The notes under the pieces: generated by a model | The model's database searches: none | What the model saw: the letters and a program-made list of their open reading frames with translations, nothing else | What the model was told of the DNA's origin: nothing | Shown: in pieces, positions 46,963 to 56,552 of the stretch | Layout of the letters: the number at the start of each line of letters is the position of its first letter | Numbering within the stretch: position 1 is the first letter of the stretch | Made by a program: the position numbers and the translations under genes | Assembly (NCBI GenBank): GCA_023150835.1 | Contig: JAKLKB010000010.1 | Location: forward strand, 1-64,000 | DNA: 64,000 nt | Source: Myxococcota bacterium | GTDB lineage: Bacteria > Myxococcota_C > UBA6777 | Direction of reading: 5' to 3'

Positions 46963-48927
46963 TTGAATCTCTCCCTACAATCTGCGCAAAATCAAACGCC
47001 AGCCGCTTTTCACCTCAAAGAGCTCTGGCTTTCTGCGTCTTCGCGTATCCCGCCCATTCTTGCCCATCCCTGTTTTGCCGAGCGCTTCTCCTTTTTGCGT
47101 GCCCTCGGCGAAACCCTGACAGCCGCTTGTCAACAAGCAGCCAAAGAGTCTTCCGCTGCTGTTGTTTCTGCCGTTGCATCCGCCCCTGCGAAGCCTCTCC
47201 AACCACCGAAGCCAAAGAAACCACCCACCGAACGCGGTTGGCTGTGGCGCTTTTTGATCGGTTCTCCTGATGACGCGCCATCGCCCAAACCAAGCGCGAA
47301 AAGTCCCGTCCTCTCGTTTGCACCGTTGTCTCTTGCGCCTTTGTGGGAAGCATCCGTTGCTGTCGATGCGGCGGAGCTTTTGGAGCATTTGACTTCTTTT
47401 GCTCGCGCCCTTGCTACGGAGACCTTGCCACCGCGCTATGCGTTTGCGCCGATGGTTCGGGCGGGAACACCGATGCCGACTTTTTCCAGAAAGCGCCTCA
47501 AGACGGGGATGTTGGAAGCTGCGTTTGATCGTTGTTTGATCAATCGAAACTGGGATGGGATCGATCGTTTTGAAGATCTGACGGCACGTTCGGAGATCGA
47601 AGATTTGACGGGGGTGTATCGCGTTCTCGCGCAGCCGTTGCGTGTGCTGCTGGAGCCTGAGATCTTGGCGTGGATGGGATTTTTGCGACGGCATCAACAC
47701 GAAAAGATCGTACAAATGACAGTGACGCGCTACGATGGAGAGGCGGATACTTTGGCTGTACAAGTCTTGGAACGTGCGGAACGATGGAGGGCTTTGTTTC
47801 AGCTTTCTGATTATCTGCCAGAACGTTTGGAAAAGGCCGAATCACGATTTCTTACGCTGCTGTCCAAAGCCGAACCGCACGACGAGATCCCCAAAGAGAT
47901 CACCCAAGAATGGACGGATATCGGAGCCTACTTGGGCGAGGTGTTGCGTGCAAATCTCGGCGGGGAATATGCCCGACTATCGGCTTCTTGTGGTGCGCTT
48001 GGAGAGCCTGCGGTGGGATTGTTGCTCCCTTTTCGTGCCGAAGCGTTCCCGATCGAAAAACTGATGCGTGCTGCCAAACAAAAGCGAAAGATATCTTTGC
48101 GGCTCCAAGCGGATGTTCAGATGGCGCATCGCCGTCAGGCCGGATTGTTGGAGCGTTTGGGAGCCTTTTTGGACGATGACGAGCGGCTGCGAAGGCGGGG
48201 CGCAGTACGTATCCTATCGGATATCGCGGATACTCGGGTGGATCATGCTTTTGTCGAGCGGCTGTTTGTCGAAAAAGACGCAGACTTGTTGGTGCGGTTG
48301 TTGGAGCGTTTGCGTTGTGCGCCTTTTCCTGTTGAAGCGGGGGCTTTGCGGCCCTTGGTTTCGCACGCCGAGGATGGCGTTTCATCCCGAGCCATCGCGA
48401 TCTTGGGCCAACAGCAAGATCCTGCGCTTCCCGAACAATTGCAGTTTTTGCTTGCGGGGGGAGAGCGTATCCCGTTGCGCCCATTGGTTCGGCAGATCCT
48501 CGAAGCGTACACAGGACCACACGCCAAGCGTATCCTCAAAAGTCTCGGTCCGATCCCTTCTCTCCAAGCGGGAGCCTTGTTGTTTTTGCCCGTCCCTCCG
48601 CCTTCTTTGGGATGCCCGCTTTTGGCAGAGATCCTTGAAAACTCTGACAACCCCGCACAACAAGAATCCGCGTTGCAGATCCTTTGCGCGTTTCCAGACG
48701 ATGAGGAAGAAGAAGCCTTGCGACGAGCGATCGCTGATCCCCAACGCTCCCTTCGGATCGGAGCGATCACGTTGTTGGCGACTTCGGATCGACCGTTTCC
48801 CCGCCAACTGCTCAAAGGTCGGCGGATGTTTGAAGATGATCCCTTGGTGCGTTCTGTCTTGCTCGAAGCGATCGCCGCTTTTCCTGACGACGGCGCTCGG
48901 GTGGTGATCGCGCCCCATCTACGGTGA
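46963..48927 (+). CDS. Hypothetical protein with C-terminal HEAT repeats
   Basis: HEAT-like units (LDDDERLRRRGAVRIL, DPQRSLRIGAITLL, DDPLVRSV); true start must lie downstream of the tRNA, and TTG at 46963 is only a guess. Confidence 0.7.
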   Translation: MNLSLQSAQNQTPAAFHLKELWLSASSRIPPILAHPCFAERFSFLRALGETLTAACQQAAKESSAAVVSAVASAPAKPLQPPKPKKPPTERGWLWRFLIGSPDDAPSPKPSAKSPVLSFAPLSLAPLWEASVAVDAAELLEHLTSFARALATETLPPRYAFAPMVRAGTPMPTFSRKRLKTGMLEAAFDRCLINRNWDGIDRFEDLTARSEIEDLTGVYRVLAQPLRVLLEPEILAWMGFLRRHQHEKIVQMTVTRYDGEADTLAVQVLERAERWRALFQLSDYLPERLEKAESRFLTLLSKAEPHDEIPKEITQEWTDIGAYLGEVLRANLGGEYARLSASCGALGEPAVGLLLPFRAEAFPIEKLMRAAKQKRKISLRLQADVQMAHRRQAGLLERLGAFLDDDERLRRRGAVRILSDIADTRVDHAFVERLFVEKDADLLVRLLERLRCAPFPVEAGALRPLVSHAEDGVSSRAIAILGQQQDPALPEQLQFLLAGGERIPLRPLVRQILEAYTGPHAKRILKSLGPIPSLQAGALLFLPVPPPSLGCPLLAEILENSDNPAQQESALQILCAFPDDEEEEALRRAIADPQRSLRIGAITLLATSDRPFPRQLLKGRRMFEDDPLVRSVLLEAIAAFPDDGARVVIAPHLR

Positions 48928-48940
48928 CACCGCTCGCCGA

Positions 48941-49068
48941 TTTTGTGGGGCATTGCCCCACGCCCCACAAGGGAGCGCGGCTCCCTTGACCCCGTATTGG
49001 CGGAGTGAACGCAGGTTTTTACACAAACAGCGCTGCCGCTTGAAATGTCGAGAACACGGGGGTTTTTG
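48941..49068 (+). repeat. Family A dispersed repeat, copy 5
   Basis: ttttgtggggcattgccccacgccccacaagggagcgcggctcccttgaccccgtattggcgga...ccgcttgaa...gaacacgggggtttttg. Confidence 0.85.
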
Positions 49069-49116
49069 TCCGATGCGCCGATCCGATGGTGGTTTGCGGG
49101 GCTGGGAGAGGGTTGT

Positions 49117-49233
49117 TGTACGGTATCCGAGAGATGTGTGGTTGAAGAGTTGTGCGTAGGCGCCCTGTTCTTGGGCAGCCACAGGGGGCTGCCCCTACGT
49201 TTTGCGATCACACAATGAGCGGATTTCGTATTA
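49117..49233. mobile_element. MITE-like element, family B, copy 3 (contains a REP)
   Basis: tgtacggtatccg...gggcagccacagggggctgcccctac..cgatcacac..gcggatttcgtatta; the right end coincides with the stop codon of the adjacent gene. Confidence 0.65.
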
Positions 49234-50358
49234 TTCGGGGATCTGGGAGAGGGCTTGTTGTGCGGCGGTGCGGACTTGGGGGTGAGGGTCGTTATGGAGG
49301 GCTTGGAGGTCAGCACGAGCGAGGGAAGCACGAGGCCCCATCAGCGGGAGTATCCGAGCGGTGTGCATCCGCACTTGCCAGTGTGGATCGCGCAACAAGC
49401 CTTGCAGTAGCGGTACGTTGGAGGAGGCCAACATCCCGAGTTTTGCGAGGCTTGCGATCGTGGTTAAACGAGCGATCCAATGGGGATCTTTGAGTCCGCG
49501 CACAAGCTGATCATTGACCTCGTCCGTATAAGGTCGCAAAGACGCCATCGCGATCAGCCCGATCAGTCGGACTTGTAGGTGCTGGTCAGTGATCCCTTGC
49601 GCGATGATCGTACGGTTGTCGGCATCGGTGGGATCGATCTTCCATAATGCCCGTAGGATCGCGGCTCGTACTTCGTGGTGTGAGCTTCGGGCGAAGAGTG
49701 CGCGCAACAGGGGTTGAGTCGACGAGGCGGAGAGGCCCATGTGGCCGAATGTATCGGCGACAACGGCTTGGATGAGGGGCTGCTGGCTTTTTTGCATCTG
49801 CCGAAGCAACAAAGGTAGGGCGGGAGCCGCGTGGGCTTGCAGTTCACCCACCAGACGGATCGCAGCCCAACGCTCTTCCCACTTTGGGGCATCGCCGATC
49901 TGGCTCATCAACAACGGAAGTGCAGCTTTGGTGGGCCAACGGACGCGGATGCGTCCACGCAGTTCTTGCCCTTGTTCTCGGGCTTTTTGAACGCCTCGGG
50001 CCGCAAGATACCGCAGCACCACCATGCGCGTTGCTGCGTAATAGTGCGTCAACCGCTGATTGATATCAGGACTCGCGGAAGCCGATGTCTGCGATGTCTG
50101 CGATGCCTGCGATGTCTGCGATGTCTGCGATGTCTGCGATGTCTGCGATGTCTGCGATGTCTGCGATGAATCGGTTGATGGCGCTTTTTGATCCGTGGGC
50201 GGATGATCTGTGTGAGGCGCTTCCATTTTATTTGGGGTGGTCTGGGCGGGTGTATCGGAGCGCTGGGAAGACTGTTGCGTCACACACCCGAAACAGCCGT
50301 AGATCAACGCTCCAAAATATGCGGCGATGCGAAAAGATCGCAACCGTTGACGCGACAC
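49231..50358 (-). CDS. HEAT-repeat (PBS-lyase-like) putative lipoprotein
   Basis: GCFGC lipobox-like, (QTS)n linker, repeated DPH(W/P)(Q/I)(V/A)R HEAT units; GTG start at 50358 inferred. Confidence 0.8.
   Translation of the reverse strand: MSRQRLRSFRIAAYFGALIYGCFGCVTQQSSQRSDTPAQTTPNKMEAPHTDHPPTDQKAPSTDSSQTSQTSQTSQTSQTSQTSQASQTSQTSASASPDINQRLTHYYAATRMVVLRYLAARGVQKAREQGQELRGRIRVRWPTKAALPLLMSQIGDAPKWEERWAAIRLVGELQAHAAPALPLLLRQMQKSQQPLIQAVVADTFGHMGLSASSTQPLLRALFARSSHHEVRAAILRALWKIDPTDADNRTIIAQGITDQHLQVRLIGLIAMASLRPYTDEVNDQLVRGLKDPHWIARLTTIASLAKLGMLASSNVPLLQGLLRDPHWQVRMHTARILPLMGPRASLARADLQALHNDPHPQVRTAAQQALSQIPE
50083..50168. repeat. 9-bp coding microsatellite (cgatgtctg)x9
   Basis: Encodes SQT repeats in the HEAT lipoprotein. 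Confidence 0.9.
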
Positions 50359-50442
50359 GTTATCTATTTCAAGGCCAAAAGTCGAAGCGCGCAAGTGTCG
50401 GATCCTTTCCTTGGTGTCTCTTGACTTAAGTGAATTTGGGGC

Positions 50443-50567
50443 AAAAAACCCGTGTTCGCGTCCTCTCAAGCGACAGAGTCGTCCGTTTGAAAAACGATGC
50501 TGCTTTCGCCTGCGTGGGGTCAAGGGGGCGAAGCTCCCTTGTGGGGTGTGGGGTGACACCCCACAAA
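50443..50567 (-). repeat. Family A dispersed repeat, copy 6
   Basis: Minus strand tttgtggggtgtcaccccacaccccacaagggagcttcgcccccttgacccc...gcgaaa...tcgcttgag...gaacacgggtttttt. Confidence 0.85.
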
Positions 50568-50634
50568 TGCAAGTTTAACCATGCCGCTTTGATAACATTT
50601 CGAGGGCAAATCAACAGAGAGAAGGGTTTGAAAG

Positions 50635-51402
50635 ATGACAGGAGCTGCGTTTCGAGGAGTGTGGGTGTTTGTTGCGACGGTGGGGATGTTGGTGGCGAAT
50701 GGGTTTCCGGGTGCGTTGGGATTTCGCGGAGAGACGGTGGGATCGATCTCGGACAAGATCCCCAGTTTGATGACGCCCGCAGGATACGCCTTTTCGATCT
50801 GGTCGGTGATCTACACGGGGTTATTGGGATTTGCCATCTTTCAATGGCTACCCGCACAACGCGAAGATCAGACGATCAAGAAGATCGCAGGTTGGTATGT
50901 GTTGAGTTGTGTCTTCAACAGCGTGTGGATCTTCGTTTGGCTGAGCAAAGCGTTTTGGCTTTCGTGGGTTGTGATCGTGGCGTTGTTGGCAAGCTTGGTG
51001 CGGATTTATCTGATCTTGGATGCGGATCGTTCGCAAAGACGGGGCGGAGCGTATGGGTGGGTGGCGTGGCCGTTTAGTTTGTACACAGCGTGGGTGACGG
51101 TGGCGACCGTGATCAATACGGTGATTGCGTTGAAAGCATCGGGTTGGCAATGTGGTGGGATCTCGCCCGAAGTGTGGTCGATGCTGCTGATCGCGATCGC
51201 TGCGGGGATTTTTTCATGGATCGCGATCCCGCGTCGTGATGCGACGTATCTTGGTGTGCTTGTGTGGGCCTTAACCGCGATAGGCGTTGCGAATGCGCAG
51301 CGTGCGCCTTCGGTGGCGTATGTTGCTTGGGCGGTGGCGGCTGCGATGTTTTTGTTGGCGTTGTGGCTTGTTTTTCAGACAAAAAAAACGCCAGCGTTCT
51401 AG
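50635..51402 (+). CDS. TspO/MBR-like tryptophan-rich membrane protein
   Basis: TPAGYAFSIWSVIY, NSVWIFVW and PFSLYTAWVTVAT motifs; multiple TM segments. Confidence 0.8.
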   Translation: MTGAAFRGVWVFVATVGMLVANGFPGALGFRGETVGSISDKIPSLMTPAGYAFSIWSVIYTGLLGFAIFQWLPAQREDQTIKKIAGWYVLSCVFNSVWIFVWLSKAFWLSWVVIVALLASLVRIYLILDADRSQRRGGAYGWVAWPFSLYTAWVTVATVINTVIALKASGWQCGGISPEVWSMLLIAIAAGIFSWIAIPRRDATYLGVLVWALTAIGVANAQRAPSVAYVAWAVAAAMFLLALWLVFQTKKTPAF

Positions 51403-51566
51403 GAGTTTTACTTCCCAACACATAGCCTTCTTCCCTAGACTTTTTGGAGGCACCCGTTGTAGCTTGGGGTATGTTGTTTTGGGTTTTGGCTTGGTGGATA
51501 AAGAAAGCCAAGCACTTTCACCTGCGGGGATAAAAGTGACGAATCCATCTACCGATTACGTACCTT

Positions 51567-52035
51567 ATGACTGCCGAAGAACAAATAGCGAAACAGAGGA
51601 CGATCGCAAGCCTCTTGCGAATTGCGGCAGAAGATCTTGAAGGTATTGCAAGGCAATCGGAACGCTCCTTCTCTCCTTTCTCAAGCCGCTGAAAAGATCA
51701 TCAAAGCAATTCTAACTTCCGAAGGCATCCATGGAGGCAGAGAACACCAACTGGATCTTTTGGTTGACAAAGTTCCCGAGGAAAACCCACTCAAACCCCA
51801 ACTCCAAGATATTGAAGATCTGGGTTATTTTTCAACAGCTTTTCGTTATCCGACTCCGAGCAGTAGAATTAAACCTAGTCTACCACGCGAAGAACTCGAC
51901 GATCTGGTAAACAAAGTTGAAGCAGCTTTGCTCTGCGCGTCGCAAGGGTTCGGCGTAGATCTCGCATCGGATGAGCCCGCGAGAAGCGGTGAACCACTTC
52001 GGGCAGGGCGAGAAAACGGGCAAGAGGGCGTCTAA
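51567..52035 (+). pseudogene. Frameshifted HEPN-domain gene
   Basis: ATG at 51567 gives IASLLRIAAEDLEG; the continuation GNRNA..LLSQAAEKIIKAIL...H.L..L...RYP is in another frame, with the switch near 51645-51652. Confidence 0.65.
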
Positions 52036-52074
52036 AAAAATGTTTGTTATGGAGAGAAAAGACCGAGATATCGG

Positions 52075-55000
52075 TCACTTCGGTGTTTCGCTGTGGATAT
52101 GAAGGTGTTTGGATAGCGGTGCAAGCCCCCAAGCATCGGCGTCTTTGGGGATTCCGATGGGGAAGATAACGTCGATGGGGATGGTGTGGAAAGAAGCGAA
52201 AGCTTCGCGCCATGCCAAGATCGCTTGGCGGATGCGTTGTGACTTCTTTTGCGTGGGTTCGGGCATCTTGTAGTCATCGTAGGGAGGGGACCACGCGAGC
52301 GGTTTGAGTTTTTCGACACCCAACAAAACAAGGCACAATGGACCCAGATCTCCCACGCGCATCGCATCAAAGAGATCTTCGCGGATCTTGCGCGCTACAT
52401 GGCCTCTTGCGCCATAGTCGATCTCTTCCAAGACAAGGACGTGATGATATGTGCGCTCCGAAAACGTCGATGAATCGGACTTTTTGCTATTTTCTTCGAT
52501 GTCCCAACAAGCCGCAAACACTTCGATCGGTTGAGCCTGTGCTTCGATCGACAAAAGATGCTTGGGGTTGCGTTGGTTGGTGTCGATGGTTTGGATGGGG
52601 GTTTGTTGGAAAAAGGCGCGCAAGAAATCCCCGAATACATGGGGATCTCGACTGAGTAAAAGCAGCCGTTTGACTGGAGCGGTCGTGATCTTTGTGATGG
52701 GCGGAGTTTGGGGGACAGAAGGTTGTGTTGTCTTCTCGGATGATTTGGTTTCGAGAAGTGCAAGAGGCTCGGTCTTCTCGGATGATTTGGTTTCGAGAAG
52801 TGCAAGAGGCTCGGTCTTCTCGGATGATTTGGTTTCGAGAAGTGCAAGAGGCTCGATTTTCTCGGACGATTTGGTTTCGAGCTGTGCAAGAGGCTCGATT
52901 TTCTCGGATGATTTGGTTTCGAGAAGTGCAAGAGGCTCGGTAGATAGGGATTTTGTGGTGGATGTTTGCTCGGCGGTTGTGGAGTCTGATGAGGAAGAGC
53001 TTGTTGTGACGAGAGGTGCGGCATCGGACTCAGCGGGGTGATCCGATCGCGAGCCGATCGGAAGGGGGCGTTGATCCGCAGGAGAGAGAGAGGCGGTGTC
53101 AGGCTCAACGAGAGCCTCTACGACGGATTCTTCGTTGGCAGAAGCCATTTCGGTCGTCGTGCGGGGATGCGGTGTAGGAACGAAGGTCGAAGCAGGAAAG
53201 CGCGCCCCATAGATATCGACGAGTCGAACGACGAGATCATGGCGAAACATCCGCAACAGCCGCTCGTGGCCTTCTTTGATCGCGAGATCTTTGGCGACTC
53301 CACCGACCGCACGACCCGCTGTTTTGATCCCTTTCCACACACTGCCCCAAAAGGACGGGGATTGTGGGGCGCTTTCTTTGGTGGAAGGCAGGTCTGTTTG
53401 GCTCGATGGGATCGAGAGATCGGTGGGTGGGTTGTTTGTGGTTTCGCTGCTTGGGTCGGTGTGCGTTCCCTGTGTGGAAGTCGCGGCTGCCTCGGCTTTT
53501 TTCTGATTGCGTGCCTCGATGTATCGGTAAAGCAAGCCCAGATCCCAGCCGAAGTTTTCCATGAGACGCAAAGATTGCGTGACCAAAGTATCGCTTTTGT
53601 ACCAACGGCGGAGATCGTGAGCGAGGGCTTCGATACCTGCGAAGCCTTGGGGGAGATAGAAGGCGCGTGTTGCGCGCAGAGGCGAGGGATCGTTGGGATC
53701 GGCGTAGGCGGAGAAGCAGGCTTGCCAAAGATCCCACAGGATGCGCGCATAGTGTGCGGGGAGTTCGCGGGTATCTTCCATCTCTTTGACCGAAGGAATC
53801 GGGGCTTTTTTGAGTAAGACAAGATCGGCTTGATCAAACGCCCGATTGTCTTTGGCGGTGAGCGCGGGCGTTTCGTCGGGCCATCGGGGGCGAAGTGCAT
53901 CCCAAAATCTGCGCCAGCGTTTGGGGGAGCGCAGTTGCCATCCGCTGTAGCCCAACATCCCGAGCATCGGGAGGCTGAGCCATACAAATGGCAATCCAAA
54001 AAAGGCGGTTGCGCTCGCGAATTGGAGCAACAGATACAGGCCGCTACCAAACAAAGTGAGAAAGGCCAAGGTTCCGAGCTTTTGGTTGCGTGCTTCGCGC
54101 TCTTGTTCGGTTTCTGTTTTTTGGATTAAGGCTTCGAGATCCTCGATTGGCGGGGGTTTGCGTCCGCTGTAGATCAAGGTCATGTGATAGCCCAAGCGCT
54201 CGCTGTAGTTGGCATAAACCCACGCTTCAAGGTCGCGCAAGACGTGTTCCCAAGGCGACCGTGCTTTGAGCAAGAGCAACAAGACACGCAAGAGATTTCC
54301 CGGGTTGACGACCGACAGGATAAGCAAGAGAAAAAGGTAAAGGCGTTTTCCTTCTTTGGTGGCTTCTTGGATCTCTTTTTCAAACTCTGCGAGTGTGAGG
54401 CGATCGGCGAGCGGAAGGTGGTTGCAAAGGATCTTCATATCCGCAGCGGTGCGTTCGATGCCTTGGAGCAAGGCTTCCGTTCGGACCGAAAGGATATTGG
54501 GTTTTTTGTAGATCTTCGCCAGTTCTTCGGCTGTTTGAAGCACGATCAGGCCGAAGCGTTCGCCGCGAAAAGCAGGCGGATTGAGCTTCGTTTGGCGCAC
54601 ACGGTCTTGGACCCATACACGAGCAAGGCGATCTTGCTCGTTTTCGTAGTGGGGCCACTGGACGCCCGGCAGCGGTAGGAGATCAAAGAGGTTTCCAGAA
54701 GCTCCGCTCTTGGGCCAGAATTTCCACGCAAGCAAGGAGAACAGCGTGAGGGTTGCGATCGAAAGTGTGGCAAAAAGGATCATCGAGATCTGCGCGCCCG
54801 CGATCAGCCCTGCTGCGGTGATCCACGTCGCGCCAACACTTAGCAAGATCAGCGGGGTGCGAAATTGCAAAAAGGCTTCACGAAACAAGATGTAAAAAGG
54901 GTTGTTTCCTCGGATATTACGGCGTGACCAAAACAACCACACCGCGACCGCCCAAACCAAGAAAAAGACCAAAGCCACGGACCAAGCGGCGATCTGCCAG

Positions 55001-55092
55001 CCTCGGCCTTGGAGCCAGTGAGCGGACAACGCTTGCGTTGTCGGAGAGGTCGTTGGGGCCGCAAAGAAGAAAGGAGCCAACAGATCGAACAT
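52075..55092 (-). CDS. Large membrane protein with a duplicated helical module and a degenerate C-terminal GTPase-like domain
   Basis: Two TM+helical modules ending TLIYSGR and VDIYGAR; C-terminal LVLLGVEKLKPLAWSPPYD...KSQRIRQA; no intact P-loop; start re-assigned to ATG at 55092. Confidence 0.7.
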   Translation of the reverse strand: MFDLLAPFFFAAPTTSPTTQALSAHWLQGRGWQIAAWSVALVFFLVWAVAVWLFWSRRNIRGNNPFYILFREAFLQFRTPLILLSVGATWITAAGLIAGAQISMILFATLSIATLTLFSLLAWKFWPKSGASGNLFDLLPLPGVQWPHYENEQDRLARVWVQDRVRQTKLNPPAFRGERFGLIVLQTAEELAKIYKKPNILSVRTEALLQGIERTAADMKILCNHLPLADRLTLAEFEKEIQEATKEGKRLYLFLLLILSVVNPGNLLRVLLLLLKARSPWEHVLRDLEAWVYANYSERLGYHMTLIYSGRKPPPIEDLEALIQKTETEQEREARNQKLGTLAFLTLFGSGLYLLLQFASATAFFGLPFVWLSLPMLGMLGYSGWQLRSPKRWRRFWDALRPRWPDETPALTAKDNRAFDQADLVLLKKAPIPSVKEMEDTRELPAHYARILWDLWQACFSAYADPNDPSPLRATRAFYLPQGFAGIEALAHDLRRWYKSDTLVTQSLRLMENFGWDLGLLYRYIEARNQKKAEAAATSTQGTHTDPSSETTNNPPTDLSIPSSQTDLPSTKESAPQSPSFWGSVWKGIKTAGRAVGGVAKDLAIKEGHERLLRMFRHDLVVRLVDIYGARFPASTFVPTPHPRTTTEMASANEESVVEALVEPDTASLSPADQRPLPIGSRSDHPAESDAAPLVTTSSSSSDSTTAEQTSTTKSLSTEPLALLETKSSEKIEPLAQLETKSSEKIEPLALLETKSSEKTEPLALLETKSSEKTEPLALLETKSSEKTTQPSVPQTPPITKITTAPVKRLLLLSRDPHVFGDFLRAFFQQTPIQTIDTNQRNPKHLLSIEAQAQPIEVFAACWDIEENSKKSDSSTFSERTYHHVLVLEEIDYGARGHVARKIREDLFDAMRVGDLGPLCLVLLGVEKLKPLAWSPPYDDYKMPEPTQKKSQRIRQAILAWREAFASFHTIPIDVIFPIGIPKDADAWGLAPLSKHLHIHSETPK
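52731..52940. repeat. 5 x 42-bp coding tandem repeat (EPLALLETKSSEKT)
   Basis: Units tcttctcggatgatttggtttcgagaagtgcaagaggctcgg. Confidence 0.92.
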
Positions 55093-55102
55093 ACACACTT
55101 CC

Positions 55103-55208
55103 TTCGCTTGGTTTGGTAGAAGAACACGAGAGTGTCTGTCGAACACTCGCGCTTTTTTCGCTTGGTTTGGACAGGGCCTTAATTTTTCGCTTGGTTTGGA
55201 CAGGGCCT
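55103..55208. repeat. Intergenic direct repeats (2 x 26 bp plus a 14-bp partial copy)
   Basis: tttttcgcttggtttggacagggcct at 55154-55179 and 55183-55208; ttcgcttggtttgg at 55103-55116. Confidence 0.85.
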
Positions 55209-56503
55209 CAAGAAGCGCTGGCTGGGGGATCTTTGGGCTTGGAGAGCAGATCGGCAAGCCATTGACGGGCTTGTTCGGTGGCTTGGGCTTGGGCCTCTTG
55301 CCAATGGGTTCGGATCTCTTCGGTGTGTGGCTCGTGCCCTTCGTTGAGGCGGCTATAATACCAAGACATCAACTGCCCGATGCTGTAGGTCAAAGAGAAC
55401 GCACCTGCCGCACCGATAGGAGCCATCAACACAGGGATCGGCAGACGTCGCACAAGATAACGCAAGATCAACCACAACAGCGCCGAACTACCGAGGCTCC
55501 ACAAGAGATCCAAAAATCCACGCCAATCCCATGTTTGTTTGTGGTGCTTGGCAAGCTGCTGAAGCATGGTCAGCGTGATACCCAACGTTCCGATATCGCC
55601 GATGGGTGGGGGGAGTGCGCCTGTGGCGGCTGCGGCGATCGCGTAGTGGAGGATGATCGGAGAGGCTTCTTGGCGATAGGCGTCTGCGACGGCCTGTCGG
55701 TGGGCGCGCAGCAAGCGCACGGATATCTCGGGCAGTTTTTCCGCAACGGCTTCAAATAGAGCCATCGCGCCGTACGTCGGATCCCCGACTTCATCGTCTG
55801 GGTCGGTGAGGTCTACCGCCACAAAACGAGCTTGGGGGAGCATCTCTCGGATCTTGGCGCGTTGGCCTTCGATCGCTGCACGCGCATCCGAGGGCAGATC
55901 GGAGGGGAGAGCTTCGCCCTTTTCTCCAAAGGGATAAGGCATCGGATGAGGGTAAAGCACGCGGTGAAGGCAAGTTTGAACGATCAACACAGGCAAGGGA
56001 TCCTGTGCTCGACCCCACAGGGGTTGCAGGCGTTTTAGGCTGGAAAGGATCGCCATGTTGCGATCATCGACGCGCACACACACAAGGATCAGGTGGGGTT
56101 GCGGGATCGGCTCGCCTTCTTGAGGCGAAGCCTTGCCTGTGAGCGTCTGCAACAACAAGCGATCTTGTTCGATGCTATCGGCGTGATCGTGCGCGCCAAG
56201 CCCGGGGGTGTCGAGAAAAGACCACAGCGGCATCTCGCTGTGTGGGGGAAAGTGGTACAGCGCAAGAGCGTCGGTGACGGGACAACCGTCGCCTTGGCCG
56301 ATGCGCGCCTCGGGATCTTGTGTAAGGCTCCGAACGACGCTGCTTTTGCCGACCTGCGGTTCACCCAACAGCAGCAGGCAAGGCGTCGGCATCTCTTGGC
56401 GAACTTTTGCCATGATCTCGTCGATCTTGTCTTGTGGATGTTTCGGAACAAAAAGATCAAGGAGTTGCTTTCCTTTTTGAAGAAGCCAGTTCTCTTGGGT
56501 CAT
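55208..56503 (-). CDS. P-loop GTPase (MMR_HSR1/Era-like) with a C-terminal DUF697/YcjF-like membrane domain
   Basis: GEPQVGKSS (G1), PVT (G2), DTPGLG (G3); C-terminal AAAATGALPPP and hydrophobic helices; GGGAG RBS. Confidence 0.85.
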   Translation of the reverse strand: MTQENWLLQKGKQLLDLFVPKHPQDKIDEIMAKVRQEMPTPCLLLLGEPQVGKSSVVRSLTQDPEARIGQGDGCPVTDALALYHFPPHSEMPLWSFLDTPGLGAHDHADSIEQDRLLLQTLTGKASPQEGEPIPQPHLILVCVRVDDRNMAILSSLKRLQPLWGRAQDPLPVLIVQTCLHRVLYPHPMPYPFGEKGEALPSDLPSDARAAIEGQRAKIREMLPQARFVAVDLTDPDDEVGDPTYGAMALFEAVAEKLPEISVRLLRAHRQAVADAYRQEASPIILHYAIAAAATGALPPPIGDIGTLGITLTMLQQLAKHHKQTWDWRGFLDLLWSLGSSALLWLILRYLVRRLPIPVLMAPIGAAGAFSLTYSIGQLMSWYYSRLNEGHEPHTEEIRTHWQEAQAQATEQARQWLADLLSKPKDPPASAS

Positions 56504-56552
56504 GAAAAATTCTCCCTTGATGGGGATGTGCAGAGATCAGTCGGCGGTGGAA

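Noticed and set aside
46829-52074. Genomic island integrated at the tRNA
   Set aside because: No integrase and no duplicated tRNA 3' end were seen; downstream genes carry host-type repeats
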